Source of the DNA: an uncultured Chloroflexota bacterium
GTDB taxonomy: Bacteria > Chloroflexota > UBA11872 > UBA12225
Direction: 5' to 3'
NCBI GenBank assembly: GCA_902805635.1
Contig: CADCTC010000204.1
Coordinates: forward strand, 10,903-74,902
DNA length: 64,000 nucleotides
Shown here piece by piece: positions 11,281-21,065 of this stretch; the first letter of the stretch is position 1, and every line of letters starts with the position of its first letter. A program made the translations under genes and the position numbers. The notes under the pieces were generated by a model that searched no databases, was not told where the DNA came from, and saw only the letters and a program-made list of their open reading frames with translations.

Positions 11281-12714
11281 TCAATACGCGCCCTTGCCCT
11301 TGAGGACGGCGGGGATGGTGCGCCAGAGGATCTGGAGGTCGAGCAGGGGGGAGTAGTTCTGGATGTAGTAGATGTCGTACTCCACGTTTTCGTGCAGAGG
11401 CAGGTCGGAGCGGCCGTTGACCTGCCACCAGCCGGTGATGCCGGGGGGCACGGCAAGGCGCTTGCGCTGCCAGGGTTCGTAGCGCTCGACGATCCACGGC
11501 TGCTCCGGCCGCGGGCCGACCAGGCTCATCTCGCCGGCGAGCACGTTCAATAAATTTGGCAGCTCGTCCAAGCTCCAGCGGCGCAGCACCGCGCCCACGC
11601 GCGTGCGGCGGGGGTCCTCCCGGTGCTTGAACGCCCTGGTTTGGTCCGCCCCCTCCACCATGGTGCGGAACTTCCACATGCGGAACAGCCGGCCATTCTC
11701 GCCCACGCGCCAGGGGCCGTACAACACCGGTCCGGGCGAGTCGAGCTTGATGGCGAGCGCCAGCGCGAGCAGCAGAGGCGCGGTACCCACGAGGGCGACG
11801 GTGCCCAGCGCGAGATCGAAGACGCGCTTGACGACCCGATCGAAGCCGGTGATGGCGGGCTCGCGGATGCCGATCAAGGGCACGCCCCAGAAGTCCTCAA
11901 CGCGCGCGCGGGCGGCGATCATCTCGAAGCGCTCGGGCACGATGCGCACCTGCACCGGCAGTAGCAGCAGGTCCAGCGCCAGGCGCACGATCGTCTCGTG
12001 CTCACGCGCAGGCAGCGCCACGATCACGTCGTCGATGCGGTGCTCTTGCACCAGGCGCACCACGTCCGACGCTGGGCCCAGGGTGGGGGCGACCGCGTCC
12101 TGGGCGTCCACAGAGTCGGCGGCTCCCGCGGAGTCGTCGGTCACTGCGGCGCGGTCGGCGCCTGCGCCGCCCGCAGCGTAGCCCACGAGAGTGAGACCAC
12201 TCCAGGGGTGCGCGGCGATGAGCTGCGCGATCTCACGGCCGACAGCGCCAGGGCCGGTCGGCCCGACGATGAGCAGGCGCCGCGCCGCGTGGCCACCGGC
12301 GGCGAGCCAATTGAGCAGGACGCGAGTGACCAGGCGCACGTTGAGCAGGAAGAGCAGGTCCAGCACCAGGAAGTACGCCAGCAGCAGGCGCGAGATGAAG
12401 CGGAACTCGAACAGGAAGAAGAAGCCGATCAGCACCAGCGCGGAGACGCCGGCGGCGGGCACCACCGCGCGTAGCTCGTCCAGGAACGTGCGCGTGCGCC
12501 GGGTGTCGTAGGCTCCGAAGAGGCGCAGGAAGAAGGGCCAGATCACCGCCGCCGCGATCAGGATAGGCGCCTTGATGAACGGACCGGGAGAGACGAGCGG
12601 CGGCCCGAACGGAAGCGTCGTGCGGCCCCAGTCCGCCAGCAGCAGCGCGACACAGGTCAGCGACGCGTCGGCCAGGAACAGCAGCGTCAGCAGCCGGTCG
12701 GCAAAACCCTTCAT
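11281..12714 (-). CDS. Polyprenyl-phosphate hexose-1-phosphate transferase (WbaP-like initiating enzyme of the 'bacterial sugar transferase' family)
   Basis: N-terminal TM helices are followed by a C-terminal catalytic block (RPEQPWIVERY...PPGITGWWQVNGRSDL...YDIYYIQNYSPLLDLQILWRT). The start is uncertain: ATG 12714 is used, and a GTG at 12771 is possible. Confidence 0.85.
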   Translation of the reverse strand: MKGFADRLLTLLFLADASLTCVALLLADWGRTTLPFGPPLVSPGPFIKAPILIAAAVIWPFFLRLFGAYDTRRTRTFLDELRAVVPAAGVSALVLIGFFFLFEFRFISRLLLAYFLVLDLLFLLNVRLVTRVLLNWLAAGGHAARRLLIVGPTGPGAVGREIAQLIAAHPWSGLTLVGYAAGGAGADRAAVTDDSAGAADSVDAQDAVAPTLGPASDVVRLVQEHRIDDVIVALPAREHETIVRLALDLLLLPVQVRIVPERFEMIAARARVEDFWGVPLIGIREPAITGFDRVVKRVFDLALGTVALVGTAPLLLALALAIKLDSPGPVLYGPWRVGENGRLFRMWKFRTMVEGADQTRAFKHREDPRRTRVGAVLRRWSLDELPNLLNVLAGEMSLVGPRPEQPWIVERYEPWQRKRLAVPPGITGWWQVNGRSDLPLHENVEYDIYYIQNYSPLLDLQILWRTIPAVLKGKGAY

Positions 12715-12736
12715 AGAGGAGGCGGAATCAACTCTA

Positions 12737-13921
12737 TCAACGCCGCTGGACGCTGCGGTGGAGCAATTCACGGTACAACGAGGCAGTGCGTTCGACCATC
12801 CGCTCTGTGGAGAAACGCTCCAGCACGTCTGTGCGGCCGGCAGCGCCGAGGCACGTTGCGGTGTGGGGCTCGGACAGCAGGCGCACGACGTTGTTCGCGA
12901 GAGCCTCCACGTGCTCGCCTGGCGCCAGCAGGCCCGTCTCGCCGTGACGCACCACGTCGTGGGTGCCGTCTACGTCCGATGCCACGACCGGGGTGCCGGC
13001 GGCGAGCGCCTCGATGACTGAATACGGCAGTCCTTCGAAGCGTGACGTGAGCAGGAAGACGTCGAGCGCGGCCAGGATGCGACGTGCGTCGGGGCGGTGG
13101 CCAAGGAACTCGATCCGGTCGCGCAGGCCCAGTCGCTCTGTCTCCGCAAGCACGTCTGATTCCAGGCTGCCCCCACCCCAGATCCAGACGAAGCGCGCGT
13201 CCGGGACTGCCTCGGCCACGCGCGCAGCGACGCGGATCCAGGTGAGCGGGTCCTTCTGCGGCAGCATGCGCGCCAGCGTGCCAACCAGCGGTGCGCCATC
13301 CCAGGCGGCCAGCTCCGGGACGACCTCGCCGATGCGATGCCTGGTGGCGGGGAGCTCTGAGGAGACGACGCCGTTCTGCACGACGGCGACCCGGCGGCGG
13401 GTGGCGATGCCGTGTGCCACCGCTTGCTCGGCCTCGCCGGGGGACACGGCAATGACACGGTCGGTAAACCGTCCAAGCACGCGCTCGCTGGCGAGGAACA
13501 GACGGCCGCGGTTGCCCCACTCGTCGCTCAAGAACGCAAAACCGTGGGGTGAGTACACTAGCTTCGGGCGCCGGCCGATACCGGCGAGCAGGGCCGCCGG
13601 ACGGGCGAGGGCGCCAGCGATGGACGAATGGGCATGCACCACGTCGTAGCGTCCCGTGCCAATCAGGCGACTCAGGCGAACCAGCGCCTTCGCGTTGGAA
13701 GGGCTGAATGGGCGCCGCGTCATCGGCACCTCATGGGCAGGCACTCCAAGAGCGTGGAGATCGTCCCAAAACGATACGTCGCCATGCGATTGGTCGCGCA
13801 CGCGCGGACACGCCACATCCACGTCCCAGCCCGCGGCGTGCAGGCCCGCGGAAAGGTCCAGCACGTGGCGCTTGGTGCCGCCGATGGTGGCTTCCAGCAC
13901 CTGGAGCACGCGGCCGGTCAT
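12737..13921 (-). CDS. Glycosyltransferase, GT4 (GT-B fold) family
   Basis: The N-terminus reads GGTKRHVLDLSAGL. The C-terminal block is FLLTSRFEGLPYSVIEALAAGTPVVASDVDGTHDVV..GETGLL. The start overlaps the upstream stop (ATGA). Confidence 0.85.
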   Translation of the reverse strand: MTGRVLQVLEATIGGTKRHVLDLSAGLHAAGWDVDVACPRVRDQSHGDVSFWDDLHALGVPAHEVPMTRRPFSPSNAKALVRLSRLIGTGRYDVVHAHSSIAGALARPAALLAGIGRRPKLVYSPHGFAFLSDEWGNRGRLFLASERVLGRFTDRVIAVSPGEAEQAVAHGIATRRRVAVVQNGVVSSELPATRHRIGEVVPELAAWDGAPLVGTLARMLPQKDPLTWIRVAARVAEAVPDARFVWIWGGGSLESDVLAETERLGLRDRIEFLGHRPDARRILAALDVFLLTSRFEGLPYSVIEALAAGTPVVASDVDGTHDVVRHGETGLLAPGEHVEALANNVVRLLSEPHTATCLGAAGRTDVLERFSTERMVERTASLYRELLHRSVQRR

Positions 13922-15093
13922 GACCGAGCCGCAAGGGCCTCACGGTAGACGGCGATCGTCTCGTCCACCATACGATCGGCGGTGAAGTGCTCGCGCACGC
14001 GCTGATAACCGGCTGCGCCGAGACGGCGGCGCTCGGCGGCATCATCACACAGTCTGTGTAGTGCGCCGGCCAGCGCAGGAGGGTCTTCAGGCGGGACGAG
14101 GAGTCCAGTCACGCCGTCGATCACCACCTCCGGCACCGCCGATACGCGCGTCGCGACGACGGGCTTCCCGGCCGCCATCGCTTCGAGGAACACCAATCCA
14201 AACCCTTCCCACAGCGACGCCATGACGAACACATCGCAGGCAGCCATGAGCCGTGGCACGTCGGTTCGCTCGCCGGCGAAGATGACCTTGCCGTCCAGGT
14301 CAGGTGCAGCAGCGCGGCGGTGGAGGGCCGCGACGTAGTCGTCACCTGCCTGCTGACCGGCCCCCACGAGCACCAGGCGCGCCGTAGGATCGCGCTGGAG
14401 CAGCAGGCTCATGGCGTCCAGGAGCACGGGGTGCCCTTTCTGTGGATCGAGACGGGCGACGCACAGCAAGAAGGGCGCATCGGCGGGCACGTCCAGGTCG
14501 CGGCGGATGGCGCGGGCTGCGGTGTCGGCGAGCGCGACGGGGAACTTGCCGAGGTCGATGCCGTAGTAGACTCGGCGGATGGCATCGGGACGGACCCGTC
14601 CCGCCTCGACCACGTAGCGGCCGACGTGGTCGGACAGCACGATCACGCGGTCGTCGAGGCGAGACAGCCAGCCATGCACGTGTGACACCCACGGACGGCG
14701 CAGCGCGGCCTCGTCGTTGTGCTTGGAGGCAATGGTCACGCGCGCGCCGCCGAAGCGGCCCGCCACGGCGCCCAGCGCGTCCGCCTTGAGCAGATGGGTG
14801 TGCAGCACATCGGGCTTGAAGGCGGAGACGAGGCCCCATAGCCGGCCGAGCACGGCGGCGTAGGGCGCAGTGCCCTGCTCGGCCTGACCGAGGTGGTTTG
14901 GGAATGGCGTGACCTCGGTGAACTCACGCGTCATCACGGGGTCTTTGAGATACGCCAGCTCCAGCTGATGGCCGCGCCGCTTCTGGCCGCGCATCAGCTC
15001 CAGCAGGTGCGCCTGCGCTCCGCCGCGCGCCAGCGACGTAATGACGTGCAGGATGCGCAAGCGGTCCGACGAAGGGCCAGGTGCAGTGGACAC
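13918..15093 (-). CDS. Glycosyltransferase, GT4 (GT-B fold) family
   Basis: LRILHVITSLARGGAQAHL and FVMASLWEGFGLVFLEAMAAGKPVVATRVSAVPEVV..GVTGLLV are present. Confidence 0.85.
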   Translation of the reverse strand: MSTAPGPSSDRLRILHVITSLARGGAQAHLLELMRGQKRRGHQLELAYLKDPVMTREFTEVTPFPNHLGQAEQGTAPYAAVLGRLWGLVSAFKPDVLHTHLLKADALGAVAGRFGGARVTIASKHNDEAALRRPWVSHVHGWLSRLDDRVIVLSDHVGRYVVEAGRVRPDAIRRVYYGIDLGKFPVALADTAARAIRRDLDVPADAPFLLCVARLDPQKGHPVLLDAMSLLLQRDPTARLVLVGAGQQAGDDYVAALHRRAAAPDLDGKVIFAGERTDVPRLMAACDVFVMASLWEGFGLVFLEAMAAGKPVVATRVSAVPEVVIDGVTGLLVPPEDPPALAGALHRLCDDAAERRRLGAAGYQRVREHFTADRMVDETIAVYREALAARS

Positions 15094-15099
15094 CGTGCG

Positions 15100-15957
15100 C
15101 TAGGCGGCAGTCATCGCCCGTACCCCGTCCTCGAACGAGGTGAGACGGTCAGGGAGGTCGTACAGACGGCGCAGGTGGGAGATATCGCCGACAATGCGGT
15201 CGGGGCTGCCTGGCTGGTCCTCGATGACCGGCTGCTGGCCCAAGACACGGCCGATCGTTTCGGCCATCTGGCGCACAGTCAACGCTTCGTCACCGCCCAG
15301 GTTGAGCACCTGGTTGCCTTGGGCTGCCAGCGACTGGGCAAGCACGTCCACGACGTGGTCGATGTAGATTGGGTTGAAGGCCGGGCCGGTGCCGCCGGGG
15401 ACGGTGACGGCCGTTCCAGAGCGAACGCGGTTGATCAGGCCGGGGACAAGGCGGCCAGCCTGGCCAGGGCCGTAGGGGGTGAACAGCCGAAAGATGGAGT
15501 GTGGGACAAGGTCGCCGTAGGCCATGATCAGACGTTCCGCAGCGACCTTTGTCGCGGCGTAGTATCCGGCACCATCGGTTCGATCGTCCTCTCTCCAGGG
15601 GCGGTCACCACCATAGACCGAACCGCTCGAGGCGAACACGAAGCGACGGGCCCCGGATCGCTGGGCAAGGTCGAGCAGGCGCTGCGTCGCCGTTACGTGA
15701 ACCGCGAACATGTCGCTCGCCTGCTGGGGGAAGGGAACGTTCGCCTGCGCCAGGTGCATGACTGCATCGATCCGCTCCGGCAGCACCCCCGCCGGCTCCG
15801 GCTGCGTCAGGTCCCAGAGCAGCGGCTCGGTGCCTGCCAGGCGCCGGAGCCGGGCAGCGTCGTGCCCCGCGGCAACGACGTGGTGGCCTTGCTTGACCAG
15901 GTGTGGAATGAGGTGGCCGGCGACGAACCCGGTGGCGCCGGTGACGAGGATCTGCAT
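15100..15957 (-). CDS. NAD-dependent epimerase/dehydratase (extended SDR)
   Basis: MQILVTGATGFVAGHL is a Rossmann motif, and YAATK is the catalytic YxxxK. I trimmed the start to ATG 15957 because the longer ORF-track N-terminus is Arg/Cys/Ser-rich and non-protein-like. Confidence 0.8.
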   Translation of the reverse strand: MQILVTGATGFVAGHLIPHLVKQGHHVVAAGHDAARLRRLAGTEPLLWDLTQPEPAGVLPERIDAVMHLAQANVPFPQQASDMFAVHVTATQRLLDLAQRSGARRFVFASSGSVYGGDRPWREDDRTDGAGYYAATKVAAERLIMAYGDLVPHSIFRLFTPYGPGQAGRLVPGLINRVRSGTAVTVPGGTGPAFNPIYIDHVVDVLAQSLAAQGNQVLNLGGDEALTVRQMAETIGRVLGQQPVIEDQPGSPDRIVGDISHLRRLYDLPDRLTSFEDGVRAMTAA

Positions 15958-15970
15958 TGGTTCTGTTTCG

Positions 15971-16906
15971 CTAGGTCGCGGCTGCCGCCGCGCCGGCCCC
16001 GTGAGGCAGCTGCGCTTCGACGACGCGGCGCATGCCGTCGCGGAAAGGGATTGTCGCCTGCCAGTCGAGCAGGCGGGCCGCCTTCTCGCTGGAACCGACC
16101 CGGCGCAGCATCGGCACCTGCACGTCTTTGAACTCAGGTTGGAAAGGCGACTGCGTGAGCTCGAGAAGGGTGAACACCACGTCACGCACGGTCTTCTCCT
16201 CACCGCTGCCCACGTTGAAGGTCTCGTCGGTCACGTCGGCCTCCATGGCGCGCACGGTGGCGCCTGCGACGTCCGACACGTAGACGAAGTCGAACGACTG
16301 CGAGCCGTCGCCGTTCACGACCGGTGGCTGGCCCGAGGCGATGCGCTTGAGCACGCTGTCTACCAGGCCAAAGCCCATGAAGGGACCGTAGACGTTCATG
16401 TAGCGCAGCGTCACGTAATCCAGCTTGAAGGTGGTGGCCATGGCGCGCAGCAGCGCCTCCCCGGCGATCTTGGTCGCACCGTACACGGTCCGTGCATTGA
16501 GTGGGTGCCCTTCGTCCATTACCTCCAGCGTGTCGCCGTAGACCGACGACGCGGATGAGAACACCACTTTTCTGACACCGGCCTGATGGGCGGCTTCAAA
16601 GACGTTGAATGAGCCGTCTACGTTCACCTGGAGGGCAAGGCGCGGGTTCTCGGTGGACGGATTGAGCGCCAGCACCGCCATGTGGAACACACCGTCCACG
16701 CTCTCCATAGCACGGCGGATGTCGTCGGGACGGGTCAGATCGCCTTCGAGCAGCTCTACGCCCTGGCGGTCTCGCAGGTGTGGCGCCTTGCCGGGCACCT
16801 CCAGGACGCGGACCTGCGCGCCCTTCTCAAGAAGCAAGTCCACGACGTAGCGGCCGATGAACCCGCCGCCGCCGGTGACCAGGAACCGTTGACCAGCTAA
16901 CTGCAC
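15971..16906 (-). CDS. NAD-dependent epimerase/dehydratase (extended SDR, UDP-sugar 4-epimerase/decarboxylase-like)
   Basis: RFLVTGGGGFIGRYVV and YGATK are present. The GTG start at 16906 is preceded by AGGAG. Confidence 0.8.
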   Translation of the reverse strand: MQLAGQRFLVTGGGGFIGRYVVDLLLEKGAQVRVLEVPGKAPHLRDRQGVELLEGDLTRPDDIRRAMESVDGVFHMAVLALNPSTENPRLALQVNVDGSFNVFEAAHQAGVRKVVFSSASSVYGDTLEVMDEGHPLNARTVYGATKIAGEALLRAMATTFKLDYVTLRYMNVYGPFMGFGLVDSVLKRIASGQPPVVNGDGSQSFDFVYVSDVAGATVRAMEADVTDETFNVGSGEEKTVRDVVFTLLELTQSPFQPEFKDVQVPMLRRVGSSEKAARLLDWQATIPFRDGMRRVVEAQLPHGAGAAAAAT

Positions 16907-16987
16907 GTGATGGGACTCCTGAGGGTGGCCAAAGCCCGGCAGTGTAGCACCGCTCGGCGCCGTGACCTCTGCTAGAAAGAACGCACC

Positions 16988-18877
16988 ATGTGTGGCATCG
17001 CCGGCACGTTCGAGACGCGGCCCGGAGGTTGGAGAGGCGGGGAGGGCGAGCAGGGCGGGGCGCGCAGCCGCGCCGAGGCGATGGCGGGGCTGATCGCGCA
17101 TCGCGGGCCCGATGCGGATGGATTCCTAGTGGATGGGCCGGCAGCGCTGGCGAACCGGCGCCTGGCCATCATCGACCTGTCGCCGGCGGGGCGGCAGCCG
17201 CTCTTCAACGAGGATGGGTCGGTAGGGCTGGTCTACAACGGCGAGCTCTACAACTTCCTGGCGCTGCGCGGCGAGCTGATCCAGAAGGGGCACCGGTTCC
17301 GGTCACATTCGGACACCGAGGTGATCGTGCACGCGTACGAGGAGTACGGGCCCGCGTGCGTGCGGCGGTTCAATGGGATGTTTGCGTTCGCGGTGTGGGA
17401 TCGGCGCCGCGAGACGCTCTTCCTGGCGCGCGACCGGTTCGGGGTGAAACCGCTGTACTACACCTGGCTGGACGGCACCCAGGCGGAGGGGGGGCGTACG
17501 CTGGCGATCTCATCGGAGGTCAAGGCATTCCTGGCGCTGCCGGGCTTTCAGCCGCGCCTGGACCCCGAAGCGGCGGTGGAGTATCTGACCTTCCAAAACG
17601 TGTTCTCGGACCGGACGCTGTTTGCCGGGGTGCGGCTGCTTCCGGCCGGCAGCACGTTGACCGTGACCGCGGGCGGTGAGATACAGCAGGAGCGCTACTG
17701 GACCTTCCGCTTCGAGCCGGAGGCGGACAAGGGGGAGGCGCACTACGTAGCAGGCGTGCGGGAGCGGTTCGAGGAAGCCGTGCGCCGCCAGCTGATGAGC
17801 GACGTGCTGGTCGGCAGCTATCTCTCCGGTGGCATGGATTCGGGCTCTATCTGCGCCGTGGCGAGCCAGCAGCTGCCGCAGCTCCACACGTTCACCGGCG
17901 GGTTCCCGTTGCTGGGGGCGCAGGGACTGGAGCAGCACTCCGACGAGCGAATGCAGGCGCGGCGCATGGCAACGGCGATGGAGACCCGGCATCACGAGCT
18001 GGAGGTCGCGCCGGGAGCAATGGCGGACGTGCTGGCGGAGCTGGTGTGGCACCTGGAGGACCTGCGGGTGGCGTCGAGCTACCACAACTACCTGGTGGCG
18101 GGGCTGGCGGGATCGACCGTGAAGGTGGTGCTGTCAGGCGCGGGCGGCGACGAGCTCTTTGCCGGCTACCCCTGGCGCTACGAACACGCGCGCGTCGCTC
18201 GGACGGTAGAGGAGTTTGCCCAGGCGTACGGCGCGTACTGGTCGATCCTGCTGCCAGACGCCGCGAAGCCGGCCTTCCTGGCAGGCGAGCTCGCGGCGGC
18301 GGGACGTGGCTTCTCGGCGACCGAGGCGGCGCGCGGGGTGTTGGCGGACTATAGGGCGGAAGCGCGCGTGGACGATCCGCTGAACCTGGCGCTGACGTTC
18401 GAAGCCCGCACGTTCCTGCAGGGACTGTTCGTGGTGGAGGACAAACTCTCTATGGCGCACTCGCTCGAAAGTCGCGTGCCCTTCCTGGACAACGACCTGG
18501 TGGACTTCGCCTGCGCCATGCCCAGCGCGTACAAGCTGCGCGACGGCACCTCCAAGTACGTGCTGCGGGAAGCGATGCGTGGCCTCATCCCGGAAGACAT
18601 CCTGGTGGCACGCAAGCAAGGGTTTGCACCTCCGGAAGATGCGTGGTTCCGCGGCCCAGCACTGCCGTACCTGCGGGAAGTAGTCCTCTCCCAGCGCAGC
18701 CTTGGGCGGGGCTGGTTCCGCCCCAAGGCGCTGGAGCGGATATTTGCGGAGCACGTCGCGGGGACGGCGAACCACAAGAAACTGCTGTGGTCGCTGGCGT
18801 GCCTGGAATGGTGGGGGCGGATCTTCCTCGACGGCGAGCGGCCGGAGCGGCGGTTCACCGCGCGGCGGCCAGGCTAG
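16988..18877 (+). CDS. Asparagine synthase (glutamine-hydrolysing) family amidotransferase, copy 1
   Basis: The N-terminal nucleophile is MCGIAG. The PP-loop is SGGMDSGSI. The overall length fits AsnB. Confidence 0.85.
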   Translation: MCGIAGTFETRPGGWRGGEGEQGGARSRAEAMAGLIAHRGPDADGFLVDGPAALANRRLAIIDLSPAGRQPLFNEDGSVGLVYNGELYNFLALRGELIQKGHRFRSHSDTEVIVHAYEEYGPACVRRFNGMFAFAVWDRRRETLFLARDRFGVKPLYYTWLDGTQAEGGRTLAISSEVKAFLALPGFQPRLDPEAAVEYLTFQNVFSDRTLFAGVRLLPAGSTLTVTAGGEIQQERYWTFRFEPEADKGEAHYVAGVRERFEEAVRRQLMSDVLVGSYLSGGMDSGSICAVASQQLPQLHTFTGGFPLLGAQGLEQHSDERMQARRMATAMETRHHELEVAPGAMADVLAELVWHLEDLRVASSYHNYLVAGLAGSTVKVVLSGAGGDELFAGYPWRYEHARVARTVEEFAQAYGAYWSILLPDAAKPAFLAGELAAAGRGFSATEAARGVLADYRAEARVDDPLNLALTFEARTFLQGLFVVEDKLSMAHSLESRVPFLDNDLVDFACAMPSAYKLRDGTSKYVLREAMRGLIPEDILVARKQGFAPPEDAWFRGPALPYLREVVLSQRSLGRGWFRPKALERIFAEHVAGTANHKKLLWSLACLEWWGRIFLDGERPERRFTARRPG

Positions 18878-20235
18878 GCGCTCTCGCCGGGCAGGTGGCG
18901 CCAGCGAGCAGGGTGTTCGACGGCAACGTCGTACGGCCGGCCGCGGCGCTCCACGCGCAGCTCGTACAGGCGGTCGTGGTAGACGAGAACGTCGCCGGGA
19001 GCGGCGATGCCGTCGCGGTCGCGGTAGACGTGCGGGGAGAGGAAGTAGCGGCCACGGCCGAGGAGGAGTGGGTCAAGACTGATCTCGAACGTCCCGTGGC
19101 CATGAAGCGGCGGGATGCGCAGGCCGGCGTCGCGCGCGTCCAGGCCGAGGGCAGCCACACCGTCGGTCCGGGTCGCGAGCACGACCATCGCGAGGTCATC
19201 GAACGGCGCATCGCCCTCGTACTCGAGTCGCAGTGTGAGGGCCTCGCCCGCGAAGTACTCCTCTTGCGGGGCGCCCTGGGGACCGAGCAGCTCGACACGC
19301 GTGAACCGAAGCTCGCCGGTGCCCCAAACGTGAGCGTCGTCTGCCACACGTGGACCGGCCGAGGAGGCGGGGGAGGCGGGAGAGTCGCTGAAGCGGCGCC
19401 GGTCGCCAAGGGCGCGCGCCTCGTTCTGCTCGTGACGCCTCAGGGCCGCGTCGTAGTCACGACACACCGTGGCGGGGTCGCCGTCGCCGGCAAGCTCCCC
19501 GGCTTCGATCCAGAGGGCGCGGCGACACAAGCGTTGGACGAGGTACGTGTTGTGAGAGACGAATAGGACGGTGGCGCCGCTCTCGCAGATCTGGCGGATG
19601 CGCTCGAAGCACTTCGCGATGAAGGCGGCGTCTCCGGCGGCGAGCGCTTCGTCGATGATCAGGATCTCAGGATCGACGCTGATCGCGACGGAGAACGCGA
19701 GTCGCGCCTGCATGCCCAACGAGTACGTCTTGAACGGCATGTCCATGTAGGCGCCGAGCTCCGCGAACTCCACGATCGAGTCGTACTTTCGCCTCACTTC
19801 CGCCTCACTCATGCCGAGCACGGCGCCACCCAGGTAGACGTTGTCGCGTCCGGTGAACTCCGGATGAAAGCCACTGCCCAGCTCCAAGATCACCGACATG
19901 CGGTAGTTGACGTCGATGTCGCCCTGGGTAGGCGAGCTGATGCCGGCGAGCAAGCGGAGCAACGTGGTCTTGCCGGCGCCGTTGCGGCCGATGACCCCGA
20001 CGATCTCGCCCCGGCCTACGTCAAACGAGACATCGCGTAGGGCCCAGAAGGGGCGATGGCGTGGCCGGCGGCTGATCCACTCCAGCACGCGGTCCACCTG
20101 GCGCTGATAGACCGGAAACCGCTTGGAGACGTGACGCACGGAAAGCGCGAGGGGAGACGAATCCTCACCCCCAGCCCCTCTCCCACAGGAGCGGGGAGGT
20201 TCGCCGGCAACCGGCTCCGCGGGAAGGGCGGTCAT
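18874..20235 (-). CDS. wzt: Polysaccharide ABC exporter ATP-binding protein (Wzt/TagH-like) with a C-terminal beta-rich extension
   Basis: Walker A (GRNGAGKTT), the signature (YSLGMQARLAFS) and Walker B (ILIIDEAL) are present. A tail of about 200 aa follows the NBD (GTGELRFTRVELLG...LTLRLEYEG...) and resembles Wzt C-terminal carbohydrate-binding domains. Confidence 0.85.
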   Translation of the reverse strand: MTALPAEPVAGEPPRSCGRGAGGEDSSPLALSVRHVSKRFPVYQRQVDRVLEWISRRPRHRPFWALRDVSFDVGRGEIVGVIGRNGAGKTTLLRLLAGISSPTQGDIDVNYRMSVILELGSGFHPEFTGRDNVYLGGAVLGMSEAEVRRKYDSIVEFAELGAYMDMPFKTYSLGMQARLAFSVAISVDPEILIIDEALAAGDAAFIAKCFERIRQICESGATVLFVSHNTYLVQRLCRRALWIEAGELAGDGDPATVCRDYDAALRRHEQNEARALGDRRRFSDSPASPASSAGPRVADDAHVWGTGELRFTRVELLGPQGAPQEEYFAGEALTLRLEYEGDAPFDDLAMVVLATRTDGVAALGLDARDAGLRIPPLHGHGTFEISLDPLLLGRGRYFLSPHVYRDRDGIAAPGDVLVYHDRLYELRVERRGRPYDVAVEHPARWRHLPGESA

Positions 20236-21065
20236 AGGATGTCGCTCAGGAAGGCGCGTGTGCGCTCGAAGGCGACGTAGCCGGCGAGGAAGGTCACGCA
20301 GGCGACAACGGCGAAGATGACGAAGCTGGTGGCGTGCACCGGGCCGCCGAGAAGCGCGTCGCGATAGAGGCGGATGAGGTGGGTGAGGGGATTGAGCTCG
20401 ACAAGAGGACGGAGCAGGCGCGGCGTGTCGGCATCGGTGTAGAAGATCGGCGTGAGGAACATGCCCGCCATCAGGGCGATGGACACCAGCTCGCGCACGT
20501 CCCGCAGCACCGCGCCGGCGGCGCCGAGCAGCCAGGCGATGCCGGCGAGAAAGACGACTTGCAGTGCAATAGTGGGGAGAAGCAGGGCGAGCGACGGCGC
20601 CACGGCGCCACGCGACCAGACGGCGATTCCAATCAGGGCAATCAGGCCGGCGACCTGGGAAAAAGCAGTGGTGTAGAGGGCGGTGAGCGGCAGGACCTGG
20701 ATCGGGAAGACGGCGAATTTGACCAGGTTGCGGTGCTCGGCCATCGCCTGCGTGGCGCGGCCGGCGACCTCAGAGAACGCGACCCAGGGGAGCAGGCCCG
20801 CAACGACGTGGAGGGCGTACTCCTGGGGCGCGCCGCCGGGGCTGAGGCGTCCGCGGAAAACGGTGGTGAAGATCACCGTGTAGAGCGCGACGAAGAGCAG
20901 AGGGTAGACGGCAGCCCACAGGTAACCGATGGTCGAGCCGGCATAACGCTGCCGCAAGTCGCGCTCGGCCATGCGGCGCAGCAGCCGCCGGTGGCGCCAG
21001 AGCCCCAGGATGCGCCGAGGCAGCGGCGCGTCGATGTCGCGCGCCTCGACGTATCGCCAGCTCAT
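20232..21065 (-). CDS. wzm: ABC-2 type polysaccharide exporter permease (Wzm-like)
   Basis: It is a six-TM protein with the typical N-terminus (LLRRMAERDLRQRYAGSTIGYLWAAVYPLL). It has 4-nt overlaps with both neighbours. Confidence 0.85.
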   Translation of the reverse strand: MSWRYVEARDIDAPLPRRILGLWRHRRLLRRMAERDLRQRYAGSTIGYLWAAVYPLLFVALYTVIFTTVFRGRLSPGGAPQEYALHVVAGLLPWVAFSEVAGRATQAMAEHRNLVKFAVFPIQVLPLTALYTTAFSQVAGLIALIGIAVWSRGAVAPSLALLLPTIALQVVFLAGIAWLLGAAGAVLRDVRELVSIALMAGMFLTPIFYTDADTPRLLRPLVELNPLTHLIRLYRDALLGGPVHATSFVIFAVVACVTFLAGYVAFERTRAFLSDIL

